A stretch of DNA of 64,000 nt, taken from assembly GCA_964016885.1 (NCBI GenBank), contig OZ024740.1, forward strand, positions 257,424,001 to 257,488,000, read 5' to 3'. How positions within the stretch are numbered: the stretch's first letter is position 1; every line of letters starts with the position of its first letter. A program made the translations under genes and the position numbers. Of this stretch, positions 50,785-64,000 are shown piece by piece. Source of the DNA: Eledone cirrhosa. Taxonomy: Eukaryota. Under the pieces are notes generated by a model. It searched no databases. It saw only the letters and a program-made list of their open reading frames with translations, and was not told the DNA's origin.

Positions 50785-53700
50785 CAGAGCTGTTCTTCTA
50801 GATAACGAGTCGCAAGTGGCGGATAGCGATACGGCCACCAGATATGATGGTTTGTTGCGACATAACTGGGTAACTGCCGGACCAATAAGCTATCCCTGAC
50901 CAACCGCGTTAAACTACTAGGGGAGATTGAGCAATGGGTGGCACCTGCAACTCACAAGAAACTTTTCACAATCCAATGACGTTGCTACGACGAGGCGAGT
51001 AAAGGCCGCCTCTAAATAAGCCTAGTCTTCGCAGGTTTGACAATGTACCAGATTGGGGACTGGTGTGAATAACACCGCTGAGAATGAAACTGCAATATGA
51101 TGAGGAAAAAAAAATACGATACCACGCTGTCCTCCGTGTGAGTTAACAAGGGACATGCCCAGGCCTTAGGTAGAAGGGCCTGTTCGAAAAATATATAGCA
51201 GTCCTCATTTCATGCCGCAAAAACTGGTAATGGGACTGCAATATGTCCTGGGAGGCGTGGGATGGACGTACAAAGCTTGCGTATCCCGAGACCCCAAAAT
51301 GGTCTGGAAGGTAGCAAACCGCAACAGTTAACACCTGGAGCAGGAACTAGTGGAGGAGTCTAGATACTACCAGCTAGATATAGTCGGCGTTTCCTCAACA
51401 AAGTTCCGTGGCTCTGATACTGTAGATTTGTATGGAGAACGGAAACTCCACTATTCAGGTGTGGCGCCAGAAATAGCTGAATATATTCTGAAAGCCTCTG
51501 GCTTTCTGAATGTGTTATGGACTGGATCCCGTTAAGAGGAAGGATTTACCTCTTCAAGCTTAGGCTGAAAGATAGATCTCTGTGGGTGGTGCAAGTTTAT
51601 GCAACAAACAAGGAGTCCGAATACAGGTCCTACCTCGACGAAGTCACTGCAGCATTAGATGTAGTTAAGACTGAGTCATATGTCCTTATGGGAGACTTCA
51701 ATGCACTTGTTGGCACTGACGACCTGACATGGAAATGAGTGATTGGAAATAATGGCGACCCCAATCTAGATACAAATGGAGAGGCCTTGCTGGACTTCTT
51801 TTCTGGTAAAGGACTCTCTACTATGAACACCGTCTTCCATCATAGATACATTTATAAATATACATGGTGTATATAATTGATTTTTTAATGGTCTCTGATC
51901 TCTTTGATTCTGTGCTGGATGTACATGTTAAGAGAGGGGCTGAGCTGTCAACTTTTCACCAGCTAGTTATCTGCAGCTTGATACTGCCTAAAGCCAAAGA
52001 AGCCTACAAAACTGACTGGTCGAGAGTGACCTACAGGATAAAGTGGGAAGCATTAGGGGATACGGAAATCAGGACCTGGTATGCAGATACTATTGCATCC
52101 ACATTCAGGGAACTTCTTAAGCAAAGTGAGAATGTTGAGAATGAGTGGGAAATGTTCAGCACGGCAGTTTCTACATCAGCTGTTAAATTCTGTGGGCAAA
52201 AGAGGCTTGGTGTGGCACCAAATGGCAGGAAGACACTTTGGTTCAATCAAGAGGTAAAAAATGTCACCCGAACAAAGGTTGCTTACAAAACTTGGCTTGG
52301 AAATAAGTCCTCCCTGTTGCAATTGTAGTACAAGCAGGCACTAAAATTCGCAGCAGAGACAGTAAAAACATCCAAAGTAGAGACAAGCAAAAACTTTGGG
52401 GTTAAGCTGGAATCCTAACCTAGATCGCAACAACATCTTCGGATGTATACGAGGTGCATCTGCGAGTGGTGACTAATCTCTCAGAGGCTGAGTTCGCAAG
52501 AGCATTCAAAGTACTCAAATGTGGCAAAGCAGCTGGGGAAGATGATATCCGGCCCGAGATGTTAAAAGCCGTAAATAGAGAACCTAATCAATGGCAATCG
52601 GGTGTGATATCCCAATTTTCAAAAAGGAAGACAAAGGCGATTGTACCAATTACAGTGATATCTCCTTATTAAGTCTCACTGGTAAATCCTGTGCTAAGTG
52701 TCTAGCAAAGAGAGGCATGGAGATTGTCGAGTTCAAGTTTGCTAACAGTCTTGTTTTTGCCCCGGACGCACCATAAACGACCCAATATTCACACTGCGGT
52801 AGGTATTCGAAAAATCAGGGGAGTATTGCGAAGAAGTATATTTGTTTTTTTTGTCGACCTTCTGAAGGCATATGACCGGGTTTCTCGGGGCTTGCTGTGG
52901 AAGGCTGTGCAGGAGTATGGGATTGATGGTCAGCTTGTTGCTGCGCTGATGTCTCTATATGAATGCGCGAGTATTTGTGTTCGGATAAATGGTGCTAAAT
53001 TGAAACCATTCAATGCTGGAGTGATTATTTACATGAACAGGATTGAAAAGCGCAGCCGGGTTGGAAGTACTATCATGACTGAAGGGTGTAAAATGAGTTG
53101 GCTGGAATTTGCAGATGACATGGTGTTACTTAACTTGACAGAAGATGATATTCGATTTGCATTTGTTAGGTTTGAGGTTGAGTGCTGCATGGCTGGAATG
53201 AAAATCAGTGCTGCGAAAACTGAATTACTCGTCCTCTCAAGAAAGCCTGCGATGTGCACGCTACATGTGTATAGAGTTCCACAGAAGCAGGTGGAGAAGG
53301 CCAAGTAACTCAGGGCAGTGCTCATGTGTGATGGAAGGCAGGAGACTGAATTAAGTGCAAGAATTGCAAAAACTGGGGCAGTAATGCCAGTTACACTATT
53401 CAGTAACCAGAAGAAGGGAGGTAGGCGTAAAAGCCAAACTCGTTGTCTTCAATTCGGTTTTCGATAAAGTGCGTAGCTCGGAGATTAAAAATTCACTCCA
53501 GGTAGAGCTGCTATGTCTCCTAATAGAGAGATCACAGCTCCGTTATTATGGGCATGTGGTTAGAATGCCCAAGGAAAGAATCGGTGGTGAGATTTTACGG
53601 GTAAAATCAAGAGGTGGGAGACCCAGGGCTAGACTGCGAAGAGTTTGTGGGGATAACATCCATGAGCTTGGCTGGTCACGCTTGGGGATCCAGATAGATC

Positions 53701-53792
53701 AGTTGGAGACTTGCGTCTGAGAGGACCCGCTGGAGGGTGTGTCTGAGGACTCTGTCCCCACGACCCTCCCAGGAATAAGTGGGCGAAGAAGA
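50785..53792 (+). mobile_element. RTE-clade (Rex3/Expander-like) LINE, near full length, decayed
   Basis: APE: LDIVGVSSTK, VVQVYA, VLMGDFNALVG, IIDF; RT: GKAAGEDDIRPEMLK, FVDLLKAYDRV, FADDMVL, QLRYYGHVVRM; 3' end CCCCACGACCC..GGAATAAGTGGGCGAAGAAGAT. Confidence 0.92.
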
Positions 53793-53850
53793 TATTTATA
53801 TATTTATATATACATATTTATATATACACAACGTACATATCTATATATAC

Positions 53851-53852
<2 letters not shown>

Positions 53853-53921
<69 letters not shown>
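53853..53921. repeat. (AG)n microsatellite
   Basis: Direct reading. Confidence 0.95.
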
Positions 53922-53924
<3 letters not shown>

Positions 53925-54469
53925 GGGAGAGATATATGATTTGCAACATTTGCACAACCTGATGCAGAAGAGAGGCATATGCGATATTCTATGTGAATAA
54001 AATCATAGATAAGTTTTACTGTGGGTATAATCAGCGCTGGTCATATCACAGCCTTCTCGGTAACCGTGTATTTAACCCAAAAGTTCTTTCACAATTTCAG
54101 TGTATTTTTCTATCTTCAATGAATTTTACCCGATAATGAGGCAATATAATCTATATTCTTATATACAGATTTTTTTTATATAATACCTGTATGTGGTAGC
54201 TCATTTGAATATGTGCGTACGGTGGTATTAATTAGTAAAAACATAAAAAAGGTCTGTTTTAAATTAGATCCGCGTACAAAAGCATATACAATATGTTTAT
54301 GCAAAATAAATATTCACGCTCCGTATAATTTAAACTGAATCCATTTCACAGCTATAGCAAAAGTATAGGAACCCCTATCTTATTGAAACTGTCCAATGCA
54401 TGCACGTCTCCACTAATGCTGTCCACAAAAAATAAAACAACGGCTGATAGAGCTTGGCACCAGTATTAT

Positions 54470-54605
54470 CATCATTTATTTTCCCAGCTGAGTAGATTGG
54501 AGCAACATGGATTAAGATGTCTTGATTGGGGGACAATACGCACCACCCTATCCGAGAATCGAACTCACGACTTTGTGTTTGCTAATCCAACATACTAACT
54601 ACAAG
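54470..54605 (-). mobile_element. Degenerate CORE-like tRNA-SINE
   Basis: CAGCTGAGTAGATTGGAGCAAC..GAATCGAACTCACGAC resembles 1-75. Confidence 0.55.
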
Positions 54606-57405
54606 GGCGCGCTTATTTCCTTGATATGCATTAAGCACTATTATACACCAAGCTGTATAAAACACACACATTCATTCTTTTCAAGAAATACGTCCTCTTG
54701 TATAGTTGTTTCCCTTCCTCTCGCAACTTACGATTTGCTATAGTTCAGACGTTAAGTTAATTGCATTGATCTTATCATGTTATCTCTACATCTTTACTTA
54801 GAGGAGGAAGCTTATTGCGTGGAATGTCTTCTTTGTTAGACAAACTTAGAAAAAAACATGAAAGTATGTATTAAAATGCAACTAGCCAGATGCACGTAGT
54901 GTGCAGTGGCGTATGAAATAACTGTTAAGTATGCACTTAAACTGGGCCAGCTGGTGACCAGCTTGTGGGCATCTGACCTACAGCTGTCACTAGGTGCCAG
55001 ATTGATCATGTTTTCAAATGTATTGGTCCTGTTTCCAACTTAACGTCACATATTTTGGTAATAATGTGTAGGCTTTCAATTATTAATGATCTGCTTAGAT
55101 GGTAGGAGGTATGAGTATGAGAGAATCTACCTTTTGTAGATCTCCAGTCAACTATCACCATTGTCGCTATGAACTTCCTGACTACACGTGACAGGACGCC
55201 ACCCACTGGACATTACAGCAGCAGACCAGCTATTTCAAACTGAGGGTAGCCTACATGTTTTAAACTTTCAGTGAAATTCTTTGAGTTCTTGTCGTTTTAT
55301 ATATCTCAAGCCTGAATATCCGATAGACTACCGATCCATCAGCCGGTCAAGATTCAATGGGCAGAAAGTTGTTATCCGGCAACATCACGGGGGGAGACGT
55401 AATTTAGAGCACACTGAGACGCGCAACTTAGAGTATTTTGTGAGACGTACTTCAGAGCGCGATGAAATAGCTACGCAGAGCATGGCGAAAAAAGTAGTTT
55501 AGAATACGTTGAGAGGTGCAGGCAATTTACTACATCCTCTCTAATGCACTTAACCTGTGGCATTTGACCTTTTTGTAGTTCATCATAACTGGCCTTAAGT
55601 AGAGCAGCGTTGTAGTAGTCCACATATGCATTGAAAGGGAATTCATAGTCAGACAGTCTGGAGATCCTAAGGGATAAATGTTCAACATTTAATCGCAAGC
55701 ATAATGTTCTAAAAACCTTCGCTAAATGCAAACTAGATTAGAACAAGATTCGATCTCTAGTACCTATAATTTATTACATCCTATCCTGTGGCATTTGAAC
55801 GTTTCACGCCACACCGAAAGATTTCAGTAGTCATGAAAACATTCTTAATTCCTTCACTTCCTTCTCCACTCTATCCTATTTTGAACGATTACCCTTTCCT
55901 TATCTGTCCTTCTCTCTATGTATGGTGAACACTGAAACCTTCATCCATATCAATGGTCAAAGGAAAAATTGTTCCACATCACAGCATATAGAATGATAGT
56001 GCATAAATCTTTACCCCCATCCCCTCTCTTCCTAACTTCCTTTATTTATCACTCTAGCTTACTGTATTTTATTTTATTTTATTTTATTTTATTTTGATTT
56101 ATTTTCTCAGAGGTAAATACCATTTTTAAATTGAACATCTCATTCTTCAATTCTATGGCATGCTGGAACACTTTTAAACTTTCTGAAGACGTGTGATAAA
56201 TAATTAAGTATTGCATATCATTAAACAATATATATTGGAGTTAGCATATGTAAAGCCAATAAATTCTTACTCTCCTTTCTCACCGAAGTCTATATTTTTC
56301 ATGGTGCAGTACTTGCTTATATTATATATTCCGCGACTTTTTCAGGACATATATACCACATTCCCCGATTTGGATAATTATGGTATACGATTCCAAGGAT
56401 ACCGTCGAGTCAAATTCTCTGGTAAGCAGTTACATTGTTTAAGCATTCATTCTTGATATACATCAACAAAACCTTATCTACCCTCATATATATATATATA
56501 TGTAAATCGTTATTTTGGGGGAGGGACATATTGTTACAATATTGCCAAAAACAATAATAAAACACACTCACTGTTTGGTTTGGATTGGTTTTCGCTTCTG
56601 CATATGTTATATCTCTATAGTTTATCATTGATTGACCAATGGTTATAAATATAGATATAAATATATTATATATATAGTCTATCAAAATTATTTTATCACA
56701 TACCTGTAACATCGTCATTGGTACTATTGTTTTCTCCCGTTGTATTGTAATGTCTATTCCATTTTTATTTTTATTTATTTATTTATTTATCTATTCTTGT
56801 CTCTGTTTGTGCATGCGTTTGTGTGTGTCTTTTCTGTTTGGTGTGTCTGAGTCTGTGTGTATTTGTATTCTATTTTTGGTTCACTAGTATGTGTTTATAT
56901 GAGGTTGTTGTTATTGTACCTGTGTATGCTTATTTATATTTATCTTAGGTCAATATTGTGTGTTTGTGTATGGTTGTTGTGTTGTTGTTGTTATTCCATT
57001 TATTGTTTCTGTTCAACTTTGGTTTTATTAGTTCTATTCCGGTTGCTTCTTTGATTTGTCTACTTCTTCGGTCATTTCTATGTTTAGATATTATTTTAAT
57101 TTCTATGTTGTCTATATTACCATCATGTATTTGTCTAGTGTGTTCTTATAGTACCGAACCATATTTTTGTCCTTTTAGTTCACCCCAGTGTGGATCTATT
57201 TTCTCCCCTATGCCTCGAGCTTTCTCACCTATGTATGTCGTAGTCATGTTTCTGCAAGTACCCTTTCAACAGCTCATGCTATAGACTACAGTTCTAGTTT
57301 TACAATTTATTTGTGGATTTATTCTACGTATAACACATTTCTTATTAGTACATATATATATATATATGTGTGTGTAATTGTGTGTGTGTGGGGGGGGGGG
57401 GTGTA

Positions 57406-59431
57406 CCAACAGATTTACCCGGCGTTGCCCGGGGTTTGAAATTATGCTAAGAATATACAGCTAGGAAGTAAAAGAAGAAAATGATTTGTCCCCAACCTGT
57501 CAAAATAAGCAGAAGTCTTCAATAATTAATGCAAACGAATATTTAGTGCAATCTTTGTACACATAAAACTATGCTGCTAATGAAGGAAACACTGAACAGG
57601 ATGTAGTTATACAAATGATTAAAGTCAATACACGTTGCAAATCTGTAAAAAAACAGGCAGTTTTGCGAAAGTACAAAAAGTTGTAATGAAAGCAGAGTTG
57701 TATACAAACAAAAAAAAAAACAATGAGAGTAGAATAAGAGAAAATGTATTATTTGAGAGCATCCTTTGCTGTGTATGGTTAAATTTTGAACTTATAATCC
57801 AAAATATCCTGCATGACATATTCATTGGTCTGTTTTGTAATGAGTAAAGTGAAGTCAAGGCAGAGCTGTAATAAGTGTTTTTGTTAACACTAAAGCACTT
57901 CAGGATAGACGATATTCTTTGTTTTTCTTTTCGGAACAAACGCAAAGAGATTATCTCTACTGCCAACTCGTGAGCAGGCAACGTAGAATTGTCCATGCGA
58001 AAGCAAGGTTCATCCAAGTGAATTGCAGCGACGGTCAGAGTATGGCCTTGCGGCGTGTTTATGAACATCGCAAAGGCAACACGAAGGGGAAATTGGATTC
58101 GCCGAAAGGAGAAAGGAGTATCCACGCCTGATGTAGTCAAGCTAATTTTTGTTATTATCACATCCTCGCCTTTTCCACATCCGGATAGAATGGTAGCGTC
58201 AATACTAAGTGGAGACAGTTTTTTAACCACAAGGCGTGTACCATTGCATAGTTTTGGAGGAGTGATATTTCTCAGCAAAATAACTGGCGTTCCCTCTTTC
58301 AGAACCAATGTATTAGGGGGTAAACCGGGAGGATTTAAAGAATTTAGAAATTCAACTGGATAATTGACCGCATCGTGTGGATCACATACAGTATCAATAG
58401 ATTTATATATCCGTGGACATCCAGGAAGAAGCTGAAGAAGCTGATCGTTAATACAGCTAACCGTGATATTTTTGGGTGCAAGAATAGCTCTTTCGCATAG
58501 CCAATCAAGATTCGTATAGTTATCACGCAAGTTCGGAAATACACTCGCCTTGAGATCATCGACAGTTTCAACTACATTGCAGATGTGATCAATTGCTATG
58601 TGTCCATCTGTATCCGGAGGTAGGTTACCATCTCATATTGTAAGAATGTCTCCAGAACATGTTGATGACAGAGGTTGCCTATGCAATCTTGCACGCATGT
58701 TGGTAGTTCTTCTTAATGATGTCACTTGTCGCCACAATGGTGAAGACTTAAGACATGCATTTACCGCATCTGCTCTTGTTCCTTTCGGTATTATAGGAAG
58801 AGTCTGTCTGAAGTATCCTGATAGCAGAAGAGTGACCCCTCCCCCCCATAACATCACTACAATCCCGTATGTCTTGCAAAGACCTGTCTAGTGCCCCAAG
58901 AGCTTTGTGCGCCATTGTGCACTCATCCCAAACAATAAGGTGACACCTTCGCAGCAGATGAGCCCTTTCGGAGTCTGTGGTAATATGACTAGTAGGAGTT
59001 TCCAATTTTGCCAAATCAAGGGGCAATTTAAAAACTGAATGTGCCTTCCTTCCACCAGGGAGCAAAGTTGCTGCGATTCCAGAGGACGCAACTGATAATA
59101 GGCATAGGCAATGCCTGCCTCACATTTGGTAAAAAAAGCACGAAAAATGTAAAAGTAATTGCAACTTTTAATTTGCATGGAAAATCCCATAAGGATTTTG
59201 TCTTCATTGTTTTCTCCCTTACATCATGCACTTTAGAAAAAATAAATTTGCTATCGATTTTTTATTTCTCAACGTGGATCGATTTGAAAAATCCTTGTGA
59301 TGTGACGATCTTAGCGACAGGTGCAACAAGCACAGAAAATTTGGTCAAATTCGGTTGGGAATTGTAAAAGTCTTAGCTGTCCAAAGTTGTCCACAGACAC
59401 ACAAACACACATCCTCGCTTTTATATTTATA

Positions 59432-59434
<3 letters not shown>
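57406..59434 (-). mobile_element. Internally deleted Helitron
   Basis: 3' hairpin CCCGGGCAACGCCGGG near 57418-57433, PIF1-like helicase remnant, 5' end TATAAAAGCGAGGATGTGTG. Confidence 0.85.
57880..59095 (-). pseudogene. Helitron PIF1-like (SF1B) helicase, C-terminal part, frameshifted
   Basis: LPGGRKAHSVFKLPL, IVWDECTMAHK, FRQTLPIIPKG, WLCERAILAPKN, LLRNITPPKLCNGTRL, RRIQFPLRVAFAM. Confidence 0.93.
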
Positions 59435-59515
<81 letters not shown>

Positions 59516-59570
59516 TATATACACACAGATATATATATATATATAATATACATATATATGTATACATACA

Positions 59571-59618
<48 letters not shown>

Positions 59619-59740
59619 TACACACACATATATATATTTCCAAGAGATGGCAACATGAATGGACCTGTTATTTTTCTCTAAAAACATTTTTTCCAATTCC
59701 ACCCCACCCGTCCCTTCAATCTTTCTAATTTCTCAATCTT

Positions 59741-59776
59741 TCTTCTGAATAAGGACTAGTGTCCGAAACGTTAGGA
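59741..59776 (+). ncRNA. Degenerate minimal hammerhead
   Basis: TCTT-CTGAATA-a-GGAC-tagt-GTCC-GAAACGTT-AGGA; core G8 is T. Confidence 0.5.
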
Positions 59777-60268
59777 CCCTCTTCCTGCTATTTCAAGCGT
59801 TAACCTAATATATTTCTTCCATATACTGTATAGGTTGTTTCTCTTTACCTATTACATACACATATATATATATATACACATATACAAACACCCGTATATA
59901 TATATATATATATATATGAATAGAGGAGCGTTGTGTGAGCATGTGTATTGTTCATTTTCTTGGGCTATACTATCTTCTGAATCTAAAATCGTCGCTTTTC
60001 ATCCCTACTTCACACATCATCATTACAAGTGGCTCCTATCTCGTTAAGAGATCAGGAGGAGTACTTAATTTCACACTTGGGCGTTTTACAATGACCACAG
60101 GTTAGCCACTGTCAGTGTATCTATCTATTTTCAGTGTGCAGTTGCGTTATTGTTGTGTTTAAGTTTGGTTAAGTGTTGTGTTGTATTTTTGTAATTACTG
60201 CATTCTGTTTTTACATGAGATTGTAATCGTAGATTAACCAATGTTTAAAAACGTTTTATGTGTGCGCG

Positions 60269-60344
<76 letters not shown>

Positions 60345-61181
60345 TTGAACTCTTTCTGGTTTTGGGTCCGGATCTCTGTGCGCTGGTCTGAAATCCTGCC
60401 AACGTCAACTGTAACCTTTCATTCTTTCACGGTTGATAAATTAGGTACCACTAACGTACTGGGATCGATTCTTCCTCTATATCTCTAACTCATTTCATGC
60501 TCTCTGTTCAGACCGGGAGAGATGGGTTCCACCGCATGTGGCTGAGGCGCTCTCATGATTTCAACAGGAGTTACGGGTAAAGAAACATTCATACCTGAAA
60601 AAACGTTGCGTATATAAAATGCTAAATAAGAACATTTTGAATGTCATAATAATTTAACAGTAAAAATTGTTACAGAATTAAAATCCATGATTGTGTGTGT
60701 ATTTAAGATTGTAATCTCGTGTTGAAAAAGGAATACAGTAATTGCAAATCTGACAACAAAACGCAACACAATTCCATCACCACTGACCGTGGGTAACCTG
60801 TGGCTATTATGAAAAACCCAGAAGTGAAAACAAGTGTGCTTCTTGATCAGTTAGTGAGATAGTGAAAAGCTGTATTGGCAGAGCGGGAAGAAGGGCCGCG
60901 GGAAAAATAAACCATAAAAGATTAATAGCAACAACAATTAAACATGCACACTTGTTTCTCGTAGAATCAGTGATTACAAATACAAACCTCCATATCACCG
61001 AGATAGACAAAAATAATATATACAGCAATCGTATTGGACACAGAGAACAGGTATAACTCGGTCAAATCTACGAATAGAAACAGAAAGAAAATATATCGGA
61101 AGACATGAAGGAAAAATTGGGAAAAGCAGATCGTCAGAACGGACAAAGGAAACAAGATTTCCATTATTTTTACATTGCTGA

Positions 61182-61378
61182 AGGCGGTGGATTGATAGCA
61201 TTTGTAGAACGTCGGGTAATATGCTTTGCGGCATGGAGTTACAACTCTGTAGTTTCTGAGATCAAATCCTGCCGAGGTTAACTTTGCCTTTCATCCTTAC
61301 CGGGTCGATAAAATAAAGTACCAGTAACGCACCGATGTCGATTAAATCGACTTTTCTGTTACCCAAAATTGTTGGACT
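61182..61378 (+). mobile_element. tRNA-SINE copy related to the dominant family, longer 3' part
   Basis: Head, B-box-like GAGATCAAATCC and core. Confidence 0.75.
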
Positions 61379-62671
61379 TTTATTTTAAATAAATATTTTC
61401 CTTTTTTCTTTTCTATTCTCTGCGGTATTTATTTACAGTCCTTTTCTTTCTGCGTTTAAATCCCACAAAGTTTGACTTTCATTTCAACGTTCGGAGGACG
61501 CTAAAAAAAAATACAAGTGAAGTACTGAAGTCGATATAATCAACTTCTCGCTTCATCTACAAATGATTGGCCTTGTGACAAAATTAGAAACCATCTGTTA
61601 ATGTTCTCTTTTTATGCCTGTATGGTTTGGGCTAGGTCATTTGGTTTGTAGGGACCCAAACGTACTTCGAATTCAAACTTATTATTCCTTAGTAAATTAT
61701 GTCTCTATACTGATACAAAAGCAGCGCGGGGACACCCAAATCTGAGTTCCAATCTCGTCACGGTCAACGTTGTTTTTTATCCTTTCCAAGTCGATATAAT
61801 AGCAGTGTGGTCGATAATTGATCCATATATATCACTGCTTTCTCTCACCCTCTCTATGTCTTTCTCTCTCTTGAACTATCTATCTACCTGTCTCACTGCT
61901 TTCTCTCTTTCTACAACAAACAAGCAAGAAGAAGAAGAAATCGGTTATGTTCTAACCAAGAGAGGAAAGGGGCTCCACCAGGTTTAAGTGCACAATATTG
62001 TTATGCGTATGTCACTAGTTCAGGTAAAATTCGCATTTCAAACATCGTACGGCCTTGGTTTACAGAGTTCAGCTTTTCAGATAAAACTGATTTTTTTTAC
62101 TCTTTTCACACAAAACTAATTTCTACAGTCGTGACAGGTATTTCCCATGTAGGTATTTTTCTTGCCAACGACTAACAATGACATTTTGTAATAGCATTCT
62201 CTTTCGTTAATTCTTCATTCTCTTCACAGCTGTCTCTTATCTCAGCTTGCTTTCTAAATTTGATGGCTTCCTTCAAGACAGAAAACCGCCATTTTGTATG
62301 TTTTATTCATATTTAATGTCCTTATACAGTTTTTTTCTATACACATTTCAAAACATTCTAGAGTGGGTATTTTATAATAATTTTCTAGTTACAGATTTCA
62401 ACCTGACTATCAGAAATGAATATACACTCTGTGTTGGGGTTCAAGGGTTATAGTCTAAGTTCAATAAATAGTTTGACTAATTATTGTGCGTCCAGTTAGA
62501 TATATTTGAACTATGACATGTTAACTGATTAATGACAATTTTCTTATGTTTACCTTTAATTCTATTTTAAATATACATTTAAAGAGTCTAAAATATTTCT
62601 TAAACTTTTCTACCGTTTGTCTACGTTGTGCTCTCGAAGTAATTAAATTGTTAATTCTTTGTAAGTCTTCC

Positions 62672-62745
<74 letters not shown>

Positions 62746-62883
62746 ATATATATATGTGCGCGCACGCGGGCGCACGCGTGTAGTTGTGTGTGTAAAAGGT
62801 AGACGGAAGAAATGTAGTTCTAATATCAATAATAATATTTGATTAGAATATGTGAGTAGAATAATCCCGCCATTCTTACAGAA

Positions 62884-62928
62884 CGGCAGACACTAATGTT
62901 TCTGGTTGATCACCCTTCATCAGTACCG
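62884..62928 (-). ncRNA. Type I hammerhead (family Z) with compensatory stem I change
   Basis: Minus: CGGTA-CTGATGA-AGGGTGATCAACCA-GAAACATTAGTGTC-TGCCG. Confidence 0.82.
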
Positions 62929-63428
62929 TATAATGGTTACCTGCCAACTGTCAGAGTTAATGAAGATATATGATATTTTCTCGGAATATAGAGTGACTGA
63001 TCGGCTTGATTTGCATATTAGCAGACTGCTTGATCAGTCAGATCTGCATGTTAGCAGACCCACTATTTAGACAATTTTCACATCAGCAGATAGGCCAGTC
63101 AGTTTCATGTATATGAGCGATTAGTAGTCGGGTTTGCCATAATCCAATAACTAACAAATAGTTTTATCGCTCTATGTCGCTGAATACAAGAAATGTAAAT
63201 CTGAGATTTTCGAATATTAATATTAATATTCGATTCGTTTGCAATTATGCAAAGAAGCTCTTTAGGCCATGTGAGTGTTTGCCATTCTGTTTATATGGCA
63301 ACACAAGAACAAGAATGATAGGATCATTCTACTCACATGGCTTAAAGAGGCATACTTGTAAATGAAACGAATATTATTTTTAACTTACGTTTCTTGTATT
63401 CAGCCATGCAGAGCGATAAAACTATTTG

Positions 63429-63486
<58 letters not shown>

Positions 63487-63833
63487 TTGTATGTATGTGC
63501 GTGTGTATTGTTATATTTGTGGAGGGTCATATTGTTATAATATTGACAGGAATATATAATAAAGCACACTTACTCTTTGGTATGGATTGGTTTTCGCTTC
63601 CGTATATTTTATATCCCCATAGTTAATTTAGCTGGCAATCAATGTTTACCATTGATTGACCACCAGTTAAAATATAGATATAAATATATATATATATATA
63701 TATATAGACTCTCACAGTACTTTATTTACACACATGTGACATCATCAGTGATACACTTATGCTTCCACCCGTTGTATTGTAATGTCTACTTAGAATAAGT
63801 AAACATTACAATACAAGAACAGGTAGCATAGTA

Positions 63834-63878
63834 GTTCGACTGATGATGTCACTGGTGTGTGATGAAAGAACATTGAGC
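63834..63878 (+). ncRNA. Hammerhead motif with degenerate stem III (family W)
   Basis: GTTCGA-CTGATGA-t-GTCAC-loop-GTGAT-GAAAGAACA-TTGAGC. Confidence 0.55.
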
Positions 63879-64000
63879 GACTATATATATATATATTTAA
63901 CTGTTAGTCAATCATTAATAAACATTGATTGCCAGCTAAATTAACTATAGGGATATAAAATATGAGGAAGCGAACACCAACCCAAACCAAAGAGTGGGTG

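Noticed and set aside
55006-55731. Minus-strand ORFs faintly like a Gypsy integrase (VHSDNG; F..LC...VEH..ALLKA) or a host exon
   Set aside because: The motifs are in the wrong order, with no LTRs or clear splice context; BLASTX would be needed
57625-58530. Host PIF1 helicase gene
   Set aside because: Frameshifted, intronless and bounded by Helitron termini

Overview
AT-rich, microsatellite-dense animal DNA with no recognisable host exon; almost all ORF-track entries are (TA)n/(CA)n/(CT)n artefacts. The SINE families and repeat texture suggest a cephalopod (Octopus-like) genome, which is an inference. The window is a nest of decayed mobile elements: a Tigger/pogo transposon (10805-12813), two head-to-tail Tx1/L1-like LINEs (21938-30957), two RTE LINEs, an R4/Dong-like fragment, four Penelope-like (PLE) RT/GIY-YIG remnants, Helitron derivatives (one with a PIF1-like helicase) and over a dozen copies of one tRNA-derived SINE. 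The most striking signal is non-coding: at least seven distinct families of short elements, almost all embedded in (TA)n, carry type I hammerhead ribozyme motifs (stem I-CUGANGA-stem II-GAAA-often palindromic stem III-NUH). They occur as tandem monomers (425 and 327 bp; a ~516 bp array has only a half motif), as circular permutations and as fold-backs. One family shows a compensatory stem I change, and several share an octamer-containing motif upstream of the ribozyme. This looks like a diverse retrozyme / non-autonomous Penelope-derived system. Ribozymes were folded by eye, activity is untested, and boundaries of decayed elements are approximate.
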